Shown piece by piece: positions 8,515 to 16,616 of a stretch of 32,000 nt of DNA. The notes beneath the pieces are model-generated. The model ran no database searches and was not told the DNA's origin. It saw only the letters and a list, made by a program, of their open reading frames with translations. Position 1 is the first letter of the stretch. Each line of letters opens with the position of its first letter. The position numbers were made by a program, and so were the translations under genes. The DNA comes from Candidatus Heimdallarchaeota archaeon (GTDB lineage: Archaea; Asgardarchaeota; Heimdallarchaeia; Heimdallarchaeales; Heimdallarchaeaceae): positions 28,330 to 60,329 of the forward strand of contig DAOVER010000018.1 of assembly GCA_030668875.1 (NCBI GenBank), in the 5' to 3' direction.

Positions 8515-10431
8515 GTGAAGACAATGGTCTCACAAGTAATAAAGAAAGCACAAGTAGCTATCAACCCTCACTCAAAGACGGCGATGCGAAGCTACCAGGT
8601 GGCGTTAAAATGTGTAGACCAGCAACAACGGGAAGAGATCAACCGAAGGATAAGAAAACTAGAAGAACAACAACACCTCCTTCTTTCTCCGCAAATAGTA
8701 AAGAGGGCTGAAACGTTGTTCGGAACCAACCCTAAGGAAGGGTTCTTCACACGCCAACTATGCAAAGAAGTGGGGAAGAGTCCTAACATAGCAGAAAGTG
8801 CTTTCCATTGGTTGCATATAGCAATCAAAGGGAAAAGAGATAAGGAACAGAAAGTGCAAGGGTTGCTAAACTTTCTCCTTAAAAATCCTCAACAACTTGT
8901 AGAATGGATGATCTTTGGTAGATCACCTTATGCTGAAAGCAGTTTAGGGAACTATTGGAAACTTAAAAGAAGGTACGTTATCAACCTCTTAACCAGCACT
9001 AGACAACAAGCAGATGGATATTGGAGAAAGAAAAAGAAAGTAATTTATGGTTCCAACCATTTACAATTCAATTCTTTCCTCACCTCTACAACACAACAAG
9101 CTATAGTACAAGCGATAGATGATGTCTTGTTCTTTTACACTAATGCTTTTACTGCTATTCCCCAAATAACTACTAGACAACAAGCTTTTCTAGCCAAACT
9201 TAAACTATTAAAGAACGAACAAGCTGTCGTTGTTCCCTTTCTCACCTCGTGGATCAACAGCCCTCACCTTTCTCGTTGGAAAAGTCTCAAAATATTAGCA
9301 GAACAACTAGCAAAAACTCTTGGGAAGCCTTCCCGAAAACTCTTTTCAGCTGTAAGGCTGATAATTGTTTTCACACTCTTTGACCATTTCATGCAGAGTG
9401 CCCCTCAGTTAGCTAAAGGTCTCCCAGTAGCAAAAGTTGTTCCATTACCATTTAAACAGAAAAAGAAAGGAAGATTACCCATAAAATTGTTAATGAAAAA
9501 AGATTATGTTATCACCCGACAAGGGAATGCGAAAACACTAACAGCACAAATTAGAAAGCAAGGATGGACCGAACTAGGTTTTCCCCAAAAAGGGAAGAAG
9601 AAACTTGTTGCAAAAACACTTTTCCCCTCTAAAGTACGAGAGTATATCCATAATGGTGCAGAGATTAAACTTTTCCAAGTTAGCAGCGGTCAAGCACCTA
9701 ATTACAAACCTCGAGTGGATGTAGTGCTCGAGGGAGCAATGGACTGTTTCCACTCCTCTACCCTTCTCCACACCTATCTCCCGCTTATATCAGGTCAGAA
9801 GAAAGCTATTCTGGGTCTAGATATCAATCGCTTAGGAGTACATATGGTGGCATTCAATACTTCTGTTTCTCTCCCTCCAGACATCTTGCTTCTAGCAGAA
9901 CGTTATACTCATCTCAGCAACAAAGTTCTCCCTGAACTTCATCGGGGGTTGATGCGCAAACGTAAAGCGCGAGACAATCTTGGATTCTGTAAGTTGCAGG
10001 GAGAGCTCAATAGAGTTTATACTCGTCGCATGCGAATCATTCGCGAACTTACTCGTCTTCTCCCCCACCTTCTTGCTGCAGTCATGGTGAAGAAACAGTG
10101 TAAGACCTTGAAGATTGAGCAGTTAACTGTTGACCCTTCAGGTACTAAAGGGGCTTTAGCTAAAGCAATATACACCATGCCTGATAGTCTCTTTATTTAC
10201 CGGAAAGCTGTCTGGTTAGCTTCTCAAGAGTTAGGTTATCAAGTGCAATTAGAATCTGTTTCCCCCTATCATACCAGTACTGTTCATTATGGTTGTGGAG
10301 GAAAGCTTGTTCGCAACCAAAGTCAATATGATCTTGCCCCTTGCAGAAAATGCGGACAAAGAGTTAACACTCATACTAATGCTGCGCACAATATCGCTTC
10401 TCTGTCTGGTACGCTCCTTCCTTCTTTATAA
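8515..10431 (+). CDS. tnpB: Large TnpB-like RNA-guided RuvC protein (likely start ATG 8524 after GGTGA RBS)
   Basis: RuvC-I ILGLDIN (D436), RuvC-II LKIEQL (E535), SPYHTS, zinc finger HYGC...CRKC, RuvC-III NTHTNAAHNI (H620 at the usual Asp position). Lies directly downstream of IS607 tnpA. Confidence 0.88.
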   Translation: MKTMVSQVIKKAQVAINPHSKTAMRSYQVALKCVDQQQREEINRRIRKLEEQQHLLLSPQIVKRAETLFGTNPKEGFFTRQLCKEVGKSPNIAESAFHWLHIAIKGKRDKEQKVQGLLNFLLKNPQQLVEWMIFGRSPYAESSLGNYWKLKRRYVINLLTSTRQQADGYWRKKKKVIYGSNHLQFNSFLTSTTQQAIVQAIDDVLFFYTNAFTAIPQITTRQQAFLAKLKLLKNEQAVVVPFLTSWINSPHLSRWKSLKILAEQLAKTLGKPSRKLFSAVRLIIVFTLFDHFMQSAPQLAKGLPVAKVVPLPFKQKKKGRLPIKLLMKKDYVITRQGNAKTLTAQIRKQGWTELGFPQKGKKKLVAKTLFPSKVREYIHNGAEIKLFQVSSGQAPNYKPRVDVVLEGAMDCFHSSTLLHTYLPLISGQKKAILGLDINRLGVHMVAFNTSVSLPPDILLLAERYTHLSNKVLPELHRGLMRKRKARDNLGFCKLQGELNRVYTRRMRIIRELTRLLPHLLAAVMVKKQCKTLKIEQLTVDPSGTKGALAKAIYTMPDSLFIYRKAVWLASQELGYQVQLESVSPYHTSTVHYGCGGKLVRNQSQYDLAPCRKCGQRVNTHTNAAHNIASLSGTLLPSL

Positions 10432-10523
10432 TCCTCTTCCCCTCAACGCACGTGAGGGGACCCACTTAAACGACGGTTAGACCGCCTCTGGCAAGTTTGA
10501 CCAAGTTTCATAACGTGCGTGTT
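10432..10523 (+). ncRNA. Putative omegaRNA/reRNA scaffold (may begin within the tnpB 3' end); guide predicted from ~10524
   Basis: Perfect 8-bp stem TCCCCTCA/TGAGGGGA (10438-10460). Its loop ACGCACG is exactly complementary to CGTGCGT (10514-10520). Further stems: CGGT-TAG-ACCG (10474-10484) and TTAAAC/GTTTGA. Confidence 0.6.
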
Positions 10524-10540
10524 ATTCATATTATTCACCT
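10521..10540 (-). other. Orphan RBS + start codon, probable severed 5' end of the 7075-7803 gene
   Basis: Minus strand reads AGGTGAATAAT-ATG-AAT-AAC (ATG at 10529) and runs straight into the IS right end. Confidence 0.55.
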
Positions 10541-10564
10541 TTCAAATTCATTACTACTATAAGC

Positions 10565-10583
10565 GTATAAGTAATTACTTATA
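10565..10583. promoter_or_regulatory. Putative ArsR operator overlapping a TATA box
   Basis: Perfect 18-bp palindrome TATAAGTAATTACTTATA (10566-10583), with a 17/18 copy at 11023-11040. Confidence 0.75.
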
Positions 10584-10647
10584 TATGTATTTCTTAATCT
10601 GCATCCCATTTTGATTCATGTTTTCTTAATAACATTAAATTGATTTA

Positions 10648-11016
10648 CTAGCTGGAGACTTCCTCACAATCATCTCTAAATGGACATTCCTCACACTGTC
10701 CTCCTTGAGCACATCTCGTAAAAGCAAAATCATACATCTTATCTACAAGTTTTTTCTGTTTTCTGAACTCAACAAGATTCAGGAAATAGTATATCTTTGG
10801 TCTTTCTTTTTTTGAATAGAGGATATTAACATTCTTTAGAACTTTCAGGTGTTGTGAGATGGCGGGTTGTGATACACCTAATTTGGCTGCTAAATCAACT
10901 ACGCACAATTTTTCTTCCATGTTGGACGCAAGTAACCTTATCAATCTCAACCTTGTAGGATCCGCTAACGCTTTGAAAACCTCTGAAATCTCATGTATAT
11001 CCTTCTTCATTGACAT
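10648..11016 (-). CDS. ArsR/SmtB-family regulator with C-terminal CX5CX2CX5C motif
   Basis: VFKALADPTRLRLI, KLCVVDLA, VSQPAISQHLKVLK, IYYFL, then CAQGGQCEECPFRDDC. Confidence 0.93.
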   Translation of the reverse strand: MSMKKDIHEISEVFKALADPTRLRLIRLLASNMEEKLCVVDLAAKLGVSQPAISQHLKVLKNVNILYSKKERPKIYYFLNLVEFRKQKKLVDKMYDFAFTRCAQGGQCEECPFRDDCEEVSS

Positions 11017-11021
11017 TAAGA

Positions 11022-11040
11022 GTATAAGTGATTACTTATA
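11022..11040. promoter_or_regulatory. Putative ArsR autoregulatory operator
   Basis: GTATAAGTGATTACTTATA, 7-24 bp upstream of the arsR ATG and nearly identical to 10565-10583. Confidence 0.75.
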
Positions 11041-11143
11041 ATTAAATGTTGTCACTATATCTAGCTTTTAAATCTAATAGATATGTTTCGTGACTTCTTA
11101 ATAATGAACGTTTAAATAGCTGGGTTACTATTGTTAGAGTTAG

Positions 11144-11866
11144 GTGAATAAAAGATTGAAGAAACGTTTTCTAATCATTCTTATCCTATTTACTTTTTCA
11201 ACACTTATTCCTGTTCAAGCTAATTCCGAAGTAGATGTAGGAGATAAGTTCTTTTACAAGTCAACTGAAGAAATGACACTCAGCTATGATGGTGAAATTA
11301 CTCGGGAAAGAGCTGAATTTGAATATGTTTTGGAAGTGATGTATGTTGAGAATTATTCCATTGGTTGTAAAAAGCTTTCCAGTGGGAGTATTATGCATTC
11401 TAAGGAAGAAATATTGAATGTTGAATCATTGTTTTTTGTTTTTCAACATTTTCACTTTGTCAAATTGGATGAAATACAAACAGTTTATGATGCTTGGAAT
11501 GAACAACTTGAAAATCATTCAAGTGTAGAATCATATTCTGCTCAAGATAGAACATTCTTTGTTAAATTTATTAACGAAAATTATCCTATCTTTTTTTATT
11601 ACAATGGATCAGATTTTACTCAAAATATGGATTACGGTAATGGCTCATTAATTATCCAAGCTTCATATAATGAAGAGAGTGCTCTGACTGAATTTACTCT
11701 AGCGAATGTTGTTATTGGTGAATATGTCCAACAAAACTGGACTAAAGAAATTATACTTCTAAATACTATTCATGAAGCTAATCTGAGTATTATCCCTGTT
11801 GTGATGTCACTGATGATTTTTACCACGATTTTCATAATTCTTAGGAGAAGGAGATTAAACAAATGA
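11144..11866 (+). CDS. Hypothetical exported protein with C-terminal TM anchor
   Basis: Signal peptide ending in VQA, C-terminal hydrophobic helix plus RRRRLNK. Confidence 0.7.
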   Translation: MNKRLKKRFLIILILFTFSTLIPVQANSEVDVGDKFFYKSTEEMTLSYDGEITRERAEFEYVLEVMYVENYSIGCKKLSSGSIMHSKEEILNVESLFFVFQHFHFVKLDEIQTVYDAWNEQLENHSSVESYSAQDRTFFVKFINENYPIFFYYNGSDFTQNMDYGNGSLIIQASYNEESALTEFTLANVVIGEYVQQNWTKEIILLNTIHEANLSIIPVVMSLMIFTTIFIILRRRRLNK

Positions 11867-12639
11867 AAATTAGAAATATAATCTGCATTTCTTTCGTGTT
11901 TCTTATTCTATTGGGAGTTCCTAGTCAATTAATTCAAGCTGATATAACTTATGATGATGAGTATAAATTTATAGAAAGAACAGAAAATTGGCAAATGTAT
12001 GACGGTGAATATAACCAGAGTGGTATCTCAGAATTAACCATCATCTACAATATTCTAGACTATGAATCTGACGTATTAACTTATGAGGAAATAGTCACAC
12101 ATGTTGAAGTAGTTGAGACGAATCTCTCTGATATCTCTTTTCCATATAAAGCACGAATAGGACGAACATTCGTTCATCCTGAAAAATTTCAATATTATTA
12201 TGATGTATGGTTAGAGGATGGTTTATTTGGTTTTGTATATTCAGGATATCCTGCACTAGGAACTATACTATCTGGTGTAAAAACAGCTAGTAATTTTGTA
12301 TTTACTTATGATGTAAACTCTACGTTCTATGATGTAGTGATAGATGTTGTTTACCATGAATCAAATGATACTGTAACCTACATATATGGTGAAATGAATC
12401 GCACTTCATCTTTCTATGTCGAATACGCTCCTAATGGAGTCTTATTTATGCATAAAGTAACAAAAAAATCGAACAGTGATACATATCAATCGGAGTATAT
12501 CTATACTTTTAGTAGAGTAGAAGATTTTGAACTCACAGAACCTTTGATCAATGCAACAAGTCTATCTCTTTCAGTGCTTATAAGCGCATTTATTTCTACT
12601 GTTTATATTTTGAAGAGGAATAGAAAAAATAAGACTTAA
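11863..12639 (+). CDS. Hypothetical exported protein with C-terminal TM anchor (probable distant paralogue of 11144-11866)
   Basis: ATGA overlap, signal peptide ending in IQA, shared YDGE motif near the N-terminus, TM plus KRNRKNK tail. Confidence 0.7.
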   Translation: MKIRNIICISFVFLILLGVPSQLIQADITYDDEYKFIERTENWQMYDGEYNQSGISELTIIYNILDYESDVLTYEEIVTHVEVVETNLSDISFPYKARIGRTFVHPEKFQYYYDVWLEDGLFGFVYSGYPALGTILSGVKTASNFVFTYDVNSTFYDVVIDVVYHESNDTVTYIYGEMNRTSSFYVEYAPNGVLFMHKVTKKSNSDTYQSEYIYTFSRVEDFELTEPLINATSLSLSVLISAFISTVYILKRNRKNKT

Positions 12640-13154
12640 TGTCTCTCCTCCTCCTCCTCTTTTTTCTTTTTCTGCTGATATTTCAAGTAGTATTTTAAAC
12701 CTAAGATAAGAGTTCCAACTAAAAACATTATTCCTAGAATAAGATAAATAGCAAATGAGGAACTAAGATTATACAGGATTCCACTTGTTCTTGAAAATGG
12801 ATAAAAGAACATTATTTCGGTATAGAGTATAGCATCAAAAAAGATGTGAGAAAACAAACCTAAAATCCCTGAAAGAAGAGAGATATAAATGTTATATTTT
12901 GGAAGATATCTATCCAGTTTAAAATATTTGTAGCATAACCAACTCATGAATGATGTAGGAATAAAGAAGACTATAACCCCTAGAGTACTATGCATGATTC
13001 CATGCATTTGACCTATACCTGTGATTAAATAGAAAATAGGTTCAACATCAATTATTATTGTACCAATCAATAATGCAATAGGATCCACAAAAGGCAAAAT
13101 ACTAAAAATGAAAATTGCAAAACCAAGATGTACTGGCGTGAAAGGCATTATCAT
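12636..13154 (-). CDS. Membrane metal-dependent hydrolase (DUF4184-like)
   Basis: MPFTPVHLG, IIDVEP, HGIMHS and SHIFFDA. Confidence 0.75.
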   Translation of the reverse strand: MIMPFTPVHLGFAIFIFSILPFVDPIALLIGTIIIDVEPIFYLITGIGQMHGIMHSTLGVIVFFIPTSFMSWLCYKYFKLDRYLPKYNIYISLLSGILGLFSHIFFDAILYTEIMFFYPFSRTSGILYNLSSSFAIYLILGIMFLVGTLILGLKYYLKYQQKKKKEEEEERH

Positions 13155-13223
13155 TCGATAATTAATAATAACATATTTATCTTTTATGTAAAAATTAGTG
13201 ATATTTATGATTCATTAACGAAT

Positions 13224-15326
13224 CTATTCGAGAGGATTCACTAGCAAAGGATAAATGTCAAAGGCATTAGCAGAACCGTCGATAGAGTAAAATCCAGCTA
13301 TCCAATCATTCCAATAATTTCCTATCATTAAGGTTTCACTATACCAAGTATTATTTGCTGATGAATCAAAAGCTTGAGAAAATCCTGTAGGGTTGTTATT
13401 TATGAAAGCATTGTGATGTATAATATTATTGTTTGATTCTTCAACCATGTAAATACCATATAAACCATTATCTTGTAGAAGGTTATATAGAACAACACAC
13501 GAAGAAGCTTTATACATAAAAATCCCATCATCTCCATTATTTGTACAAGTATTATTGGTTAAAGTAGCATTACTGCCTTCATAGAAAATTCCAGTATCTC
13601 CATTATAGTTGCAGGTATTATTAGCAAGGATTGAATCTTCACCAAAACAATAAATCCCATCATCTCCATTGTTTGTACAAGTATTATTAGCAAGGATAGA
13701 ATTACTACCTAAGTGAAGGATGCCTGTATTTCCATTATAGTTACAGATATTATTAGTAAGATTAGAATCGCTGCTAAAACTGTGTATTCCACGATTATTG
13801 TTGTTACATGTGTTATTGACTAATGTAGAATTAGAGGATTCAACCAAAATGATACCAGTACCTTCATTGTTGGTACAAGTATTGTCAGCTATTGTAGAAT
13901 TACAGGAATTATCTAATACTATCCCATCTTCTCTATTGTTAATGCAAGTATTATTCAATATAATAGAATTCGAAGTATTAATTAGATAGATGCCTTTATC
14001 ATTGTCATAGAAAACATCATTAATAATTTTGGAATCTCTTGATTTTTCTAGAATAATCCCGAAAAAATTGTCGAAGAAGGTATTATTAACAATCAGAATA
14101 TTTGATGATAAGTAGGACCAGATCCCACTATTCGAGAATACACTGTTATCTACAGTTACATTATCGCATAAGCAGAAAGAAATTCCAGGAGAAGAATTTT
14201 CAACAATTATGTTACTTATTTTTATGTTCGAGCAGTTGACAAAGAGAGCTTGACCGTAATCGAAAGAAGAAAATGTTGTAAAAACAAGGTTTGTTAGAAA
14301 AACAAAAGGCTTACTGTTTACAAAGTTATTTTCAAAGGTATTAGTAAGATAATTTTCTATAGTAGACTCATATATTTGAAAATTGCAATTAAAGAGAGTG
14401 TTGGATCTAATTTGAGAACTGTTTGAGTTTGTTAAACTAATAATCGATTTCACATTTTCACCATAGTATGTATTATCTTCAATTGTAGACCCCTCTGATT
14501 CTTCAAGCAATATGAAAACGCGCATATCATATCCAGTATTATTAACAACAATAGTTTTTCCTGATTTTGATATAGATATGCCTTTTTGACCAATTCCCCA
14601 ATTTGATCCTCCATATAGAGTATTATCCTTTATAATGCAATTGTTTGATTTCTCTAAATCAATATTTCCTAAATATGAATTACCATCGAAATATGAATTG
14701 CCATATAGAAACGTGTTGTTTTTTATAATTGTATTACTTGAATACCGTATAAGTAAACGACAACTAGTAAACGTATTATTCTCGATCAAAGAATACCCGG
14801 AATTAGATAAACTGAAACGCGACTTGTTAGAAAAGCCAATATTGCCAATAACTGTAGAGTGTTCAGAGTTAAACAAGGAGATATCAAATACCTTATTGTC
14901 AACAATTATAGAACCAGGACAATTAACAACATGAATATTGAAATTAGAGCGTATATCTGTGAAAGTGTTTCCAATAATTGTTATTGTATTATTAGAAACA
15001 TCATTGATGTAAATCGAGTATACATATGAAGAATGAAAGAAGCAATTGCGAATAATGAAGTGTTTAGTAGTATTCCAAATGTTAATACAATATGAAAAAG
15101 AAGTTGTGATATTGTAATTTTCAATTATGTAAGGATTGTTTTCAGTACCTTTTCCAGGAAATTTGTATTGATTGATATCATCATCTTTCCAAATTAGTAT
15201 TGGATCATGTGAGGTTAATCCATCTTTGTTTTTTATGTGAATTACAATTGGTACAATAATAATAACTGTAGAAATAATTAATGCTCCAACGATTAATGGA
15301 ATCAGATTTTTTTTAGTGAATTTCAT
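13224..15326 (-). CDS. NosD/right-handed parallel beta-helix surface protein, N-terminally anchored
   Basis: N-terminal TM, GKGTENNPYIIENYNI, many 22-aa Asn-rich coils (NNTCxNNGxxGI), cap HHNAFINN...GNYWNDW...DIYPL. Confidence 0.85.
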   Translation of the reverse strand: MKFTKKNLIPLIVGALIISTVIIIVPIVIHIKNKDGLTSHDPILIWKDDDINQYKFPGKGTENNPYIIENYNITTSFSYCINIWNTTKHFIIRNCFFHSSYVYSIYINDVSNNTITIIGNTFTDIRSNFNIHVVNCPGSIIVDNKVFDISLFNSEHSTVIGNIGFSNKSRFSLSNSGYSLIENNTFTSCRLLIRYSSNTIIKNNTFLYGNSYFDGNSYLGNIDLEKSNNCIIKDNTLYGGSNWGIGQKGISISKSGKTIVVNNTGYDMRVFILLEESEGSTIEDNTYYGENVKSIISLTNSNSSQIRSNTLFNCNFQIYESTIENYLTNTFENNFVNSKPFVFLTNLVFTTFSSFDYGQALFVNCSNIKISNIIVENSSPGISFCLCDNVTVDNSVFSNSGIWSYLSSNILIVNNTFFDNFFGIILEKSRDSKIINDVFYDNDKGIYLINTSNSIILNNTCINNREDGIVLDNSCNSTIADNTCTNNEGTGIILVESSNSTLVNNTCNNNNRGIHSFSSDSNLTNNICNYNGNTGILHLGSNSILANNTCTNNGDDGIYCFGEDSILANNTCNYNGDTGIFYEGSNATLTNNTCTNNGDDGIFMYKASSCVVLYNLLQDNGLYGIYMVEESNNNIIHHNAFINNNPTGFSQAFDSSANNTWYSETLMIGNYWNDWIAGFYSIDGSANAFDIYPLLVNPLE
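13521..13688. repeat. 132-bp-period internal duplication in the beta-helix gene
   Basis: 36-nt blocks at 13521-13556 and 13653-13688 are 35/36 identical. Confidence 0.8.
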
Positions 15327-15416
15327 TTTACCACCTACACATACATAAGAAGTTATTATTATTGATAATTTGGTAAGAACCTTTTTTCAACATAGACGGA
15401 ACTTCAATGCAACTGT

Positions 15417-16484
15417 TCATTCAACCACCTTCCAACCAGTTTTAGTTAGTTTAATAGAATAGTTTCTCCCCCATTTTTCTCTTTGGATAAGACCTTTTTT
15501 CTCCAGAGAAACAAGAGTTCTAGATATTCTAGACTTTATAAAACCTGTCTGAGAACAGAGTTCTTTTTGAAGCATTTTTCCACCATTCTCAGAAATCAAA
15601 TTAATAAGCATTTTCTGTGTATTATTAAGAAAAGTATTACCCAAACTTCTTACTATTCTTCTCCCTTTTCTTCGCATAAATATCACTGTTCCGCTGATTC
15701 CAATACTCATGCCAACAATTGGACTAATTATAAATATCCATACCGGAGGATTTCCAACAGGTTTGTCAAACCGAACAAAGCAAAAAGGATTTTGAAAAGG
15801 TTTGAGTAAGTAAAATGACCATGATATATAGACTGTTGGATCTAGGATTATTGTTGCATTTTCAGGATGAAACGATCTTAACTCTCCTTCCTCATGAATT
15901 GAGCTCTTTGGTGGTATTTTTATGGCTATTTCATGAAATTCAGTGAAATATGTAATAGACGATTCAAATTCGAAAACATAGAAAGAACCGCTATTTTCTG
16001 AAATGGGAAGTTTGTTCAGTTTGTATATTAAGTAAAAATAGGTTGTTTGATTCTTTTCTAGTTGGTTTCTAAAATCAACAGAAACTAGATTCGATGAATT
16101 TGTTACTTCATTATTAGTGAAATTTAACGTACCCTTGCCATCAAATATTCTGAGTGCTTGAAGAGAATGGTTCAACCAAAAATCCAATGAAGATAAAGAA
16201 AAATCGTGTTCTTGTTTAACATAAAAACTCTCAGTAATATATATCTCATCTATACTTATGATATCAATTTTTATGTGATGAGATTCGATGACTTGAGAGT
16301 TTTGCAACATAATTGAACAACTATCAAAATCTGAATTTGGTTTATTACAAGAACACATTTGCAATGGAAACATTAATGTCATAAATAAAACCAAGAAAAT
16401 GAATTTTCTGTAATTATTCATAGGTTGCAACAAGTTTACATCTTTTTTATCCCATAAAAAAAAGTTTCTAGTAATATAACTCAC
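15417..16484 (-). CDS. Membrane-tethered winged-helix protein (extracellular domain - TM - MarR-like HTH; COG2512-like)
   Basis: N-terminal hydrophobic segment, beta-rich ectodomain, TM (WIFIISPIVGMSIGISGTVIFM-RRK), C-terminal GGKMLQKELCSQTGF.KSRISRTL..LEKKGLI.REKWGRN. Start probably downstream of 16484. Confidence 0.75.
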   Translation of the reverse strand: MSYITRNFFLWDKKDVNLLQPMNNYRKFIFLVLFMTLMFPLQMCSCNKPNSDFDSCSIMLQNSQVIESHHIKIDIISIDEIYITESFYVKQEHDFSLSSLDFWLNHSLQALRIFDGKGTLNFTNNEVTNSSNLVSVDFRNQLEKNQTTYFYLIYKLNKLPISENSGSFYVFEFESSITYFTEFHEIAIKIPPKSSIHEEGELRSFHPENATIILDPTVYISWSFYLLKPFQNPFCFVRFDKPVGNPPVWIFIISPIVGMSIGISGTVIFMRRKGRRIVRSLGNTFLNNTQKMLINLISENGGKMLQKELCSQTGFIKSRISRTLVSLEKKGLIQREKWGRNYSIKLTKTGWKVVE

Positions 16485-16616
16485 AAATAAATTATCAACA
16501 AGCTATTATTGAATAGTTGTAAGCAACCAAAAAGCAACTGTTTTTTCTATGTTTCCTCTAGGTTCAATATGAAAAAATGATAATTATGCTTAAATTCCAA
16601 TAAATTGGGTAGGTCT

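Larger units (their letters stand above)
7834..10523 (+). mobile_element. IS607-family insertion sequence (tnpA + large tnpB + omegaRNA); ends uncertain by a few to ~20 nt
   Basis: Serine recombinase plus TnpB gene pair, visibly more GC-rich than the flanks. TGTT is present at both putative junctions (7830-7833, 10520-10523), with direct repeats inside both ends. Confidence 0.9.

Noticed and set aside
7800-8564. Minus-strand ORFs overlapping tnpA
   Set aside because: Shadows caused by the purine-rich tnpA strand; no recognisable motifs.
8515-10600. Large RuvC protein as a CRISPR Cas12 effector
   Set aside because: No repeat-spacer array or cas1/2/4 nearby; the IS607 tnpA and the end structure explain the locus.
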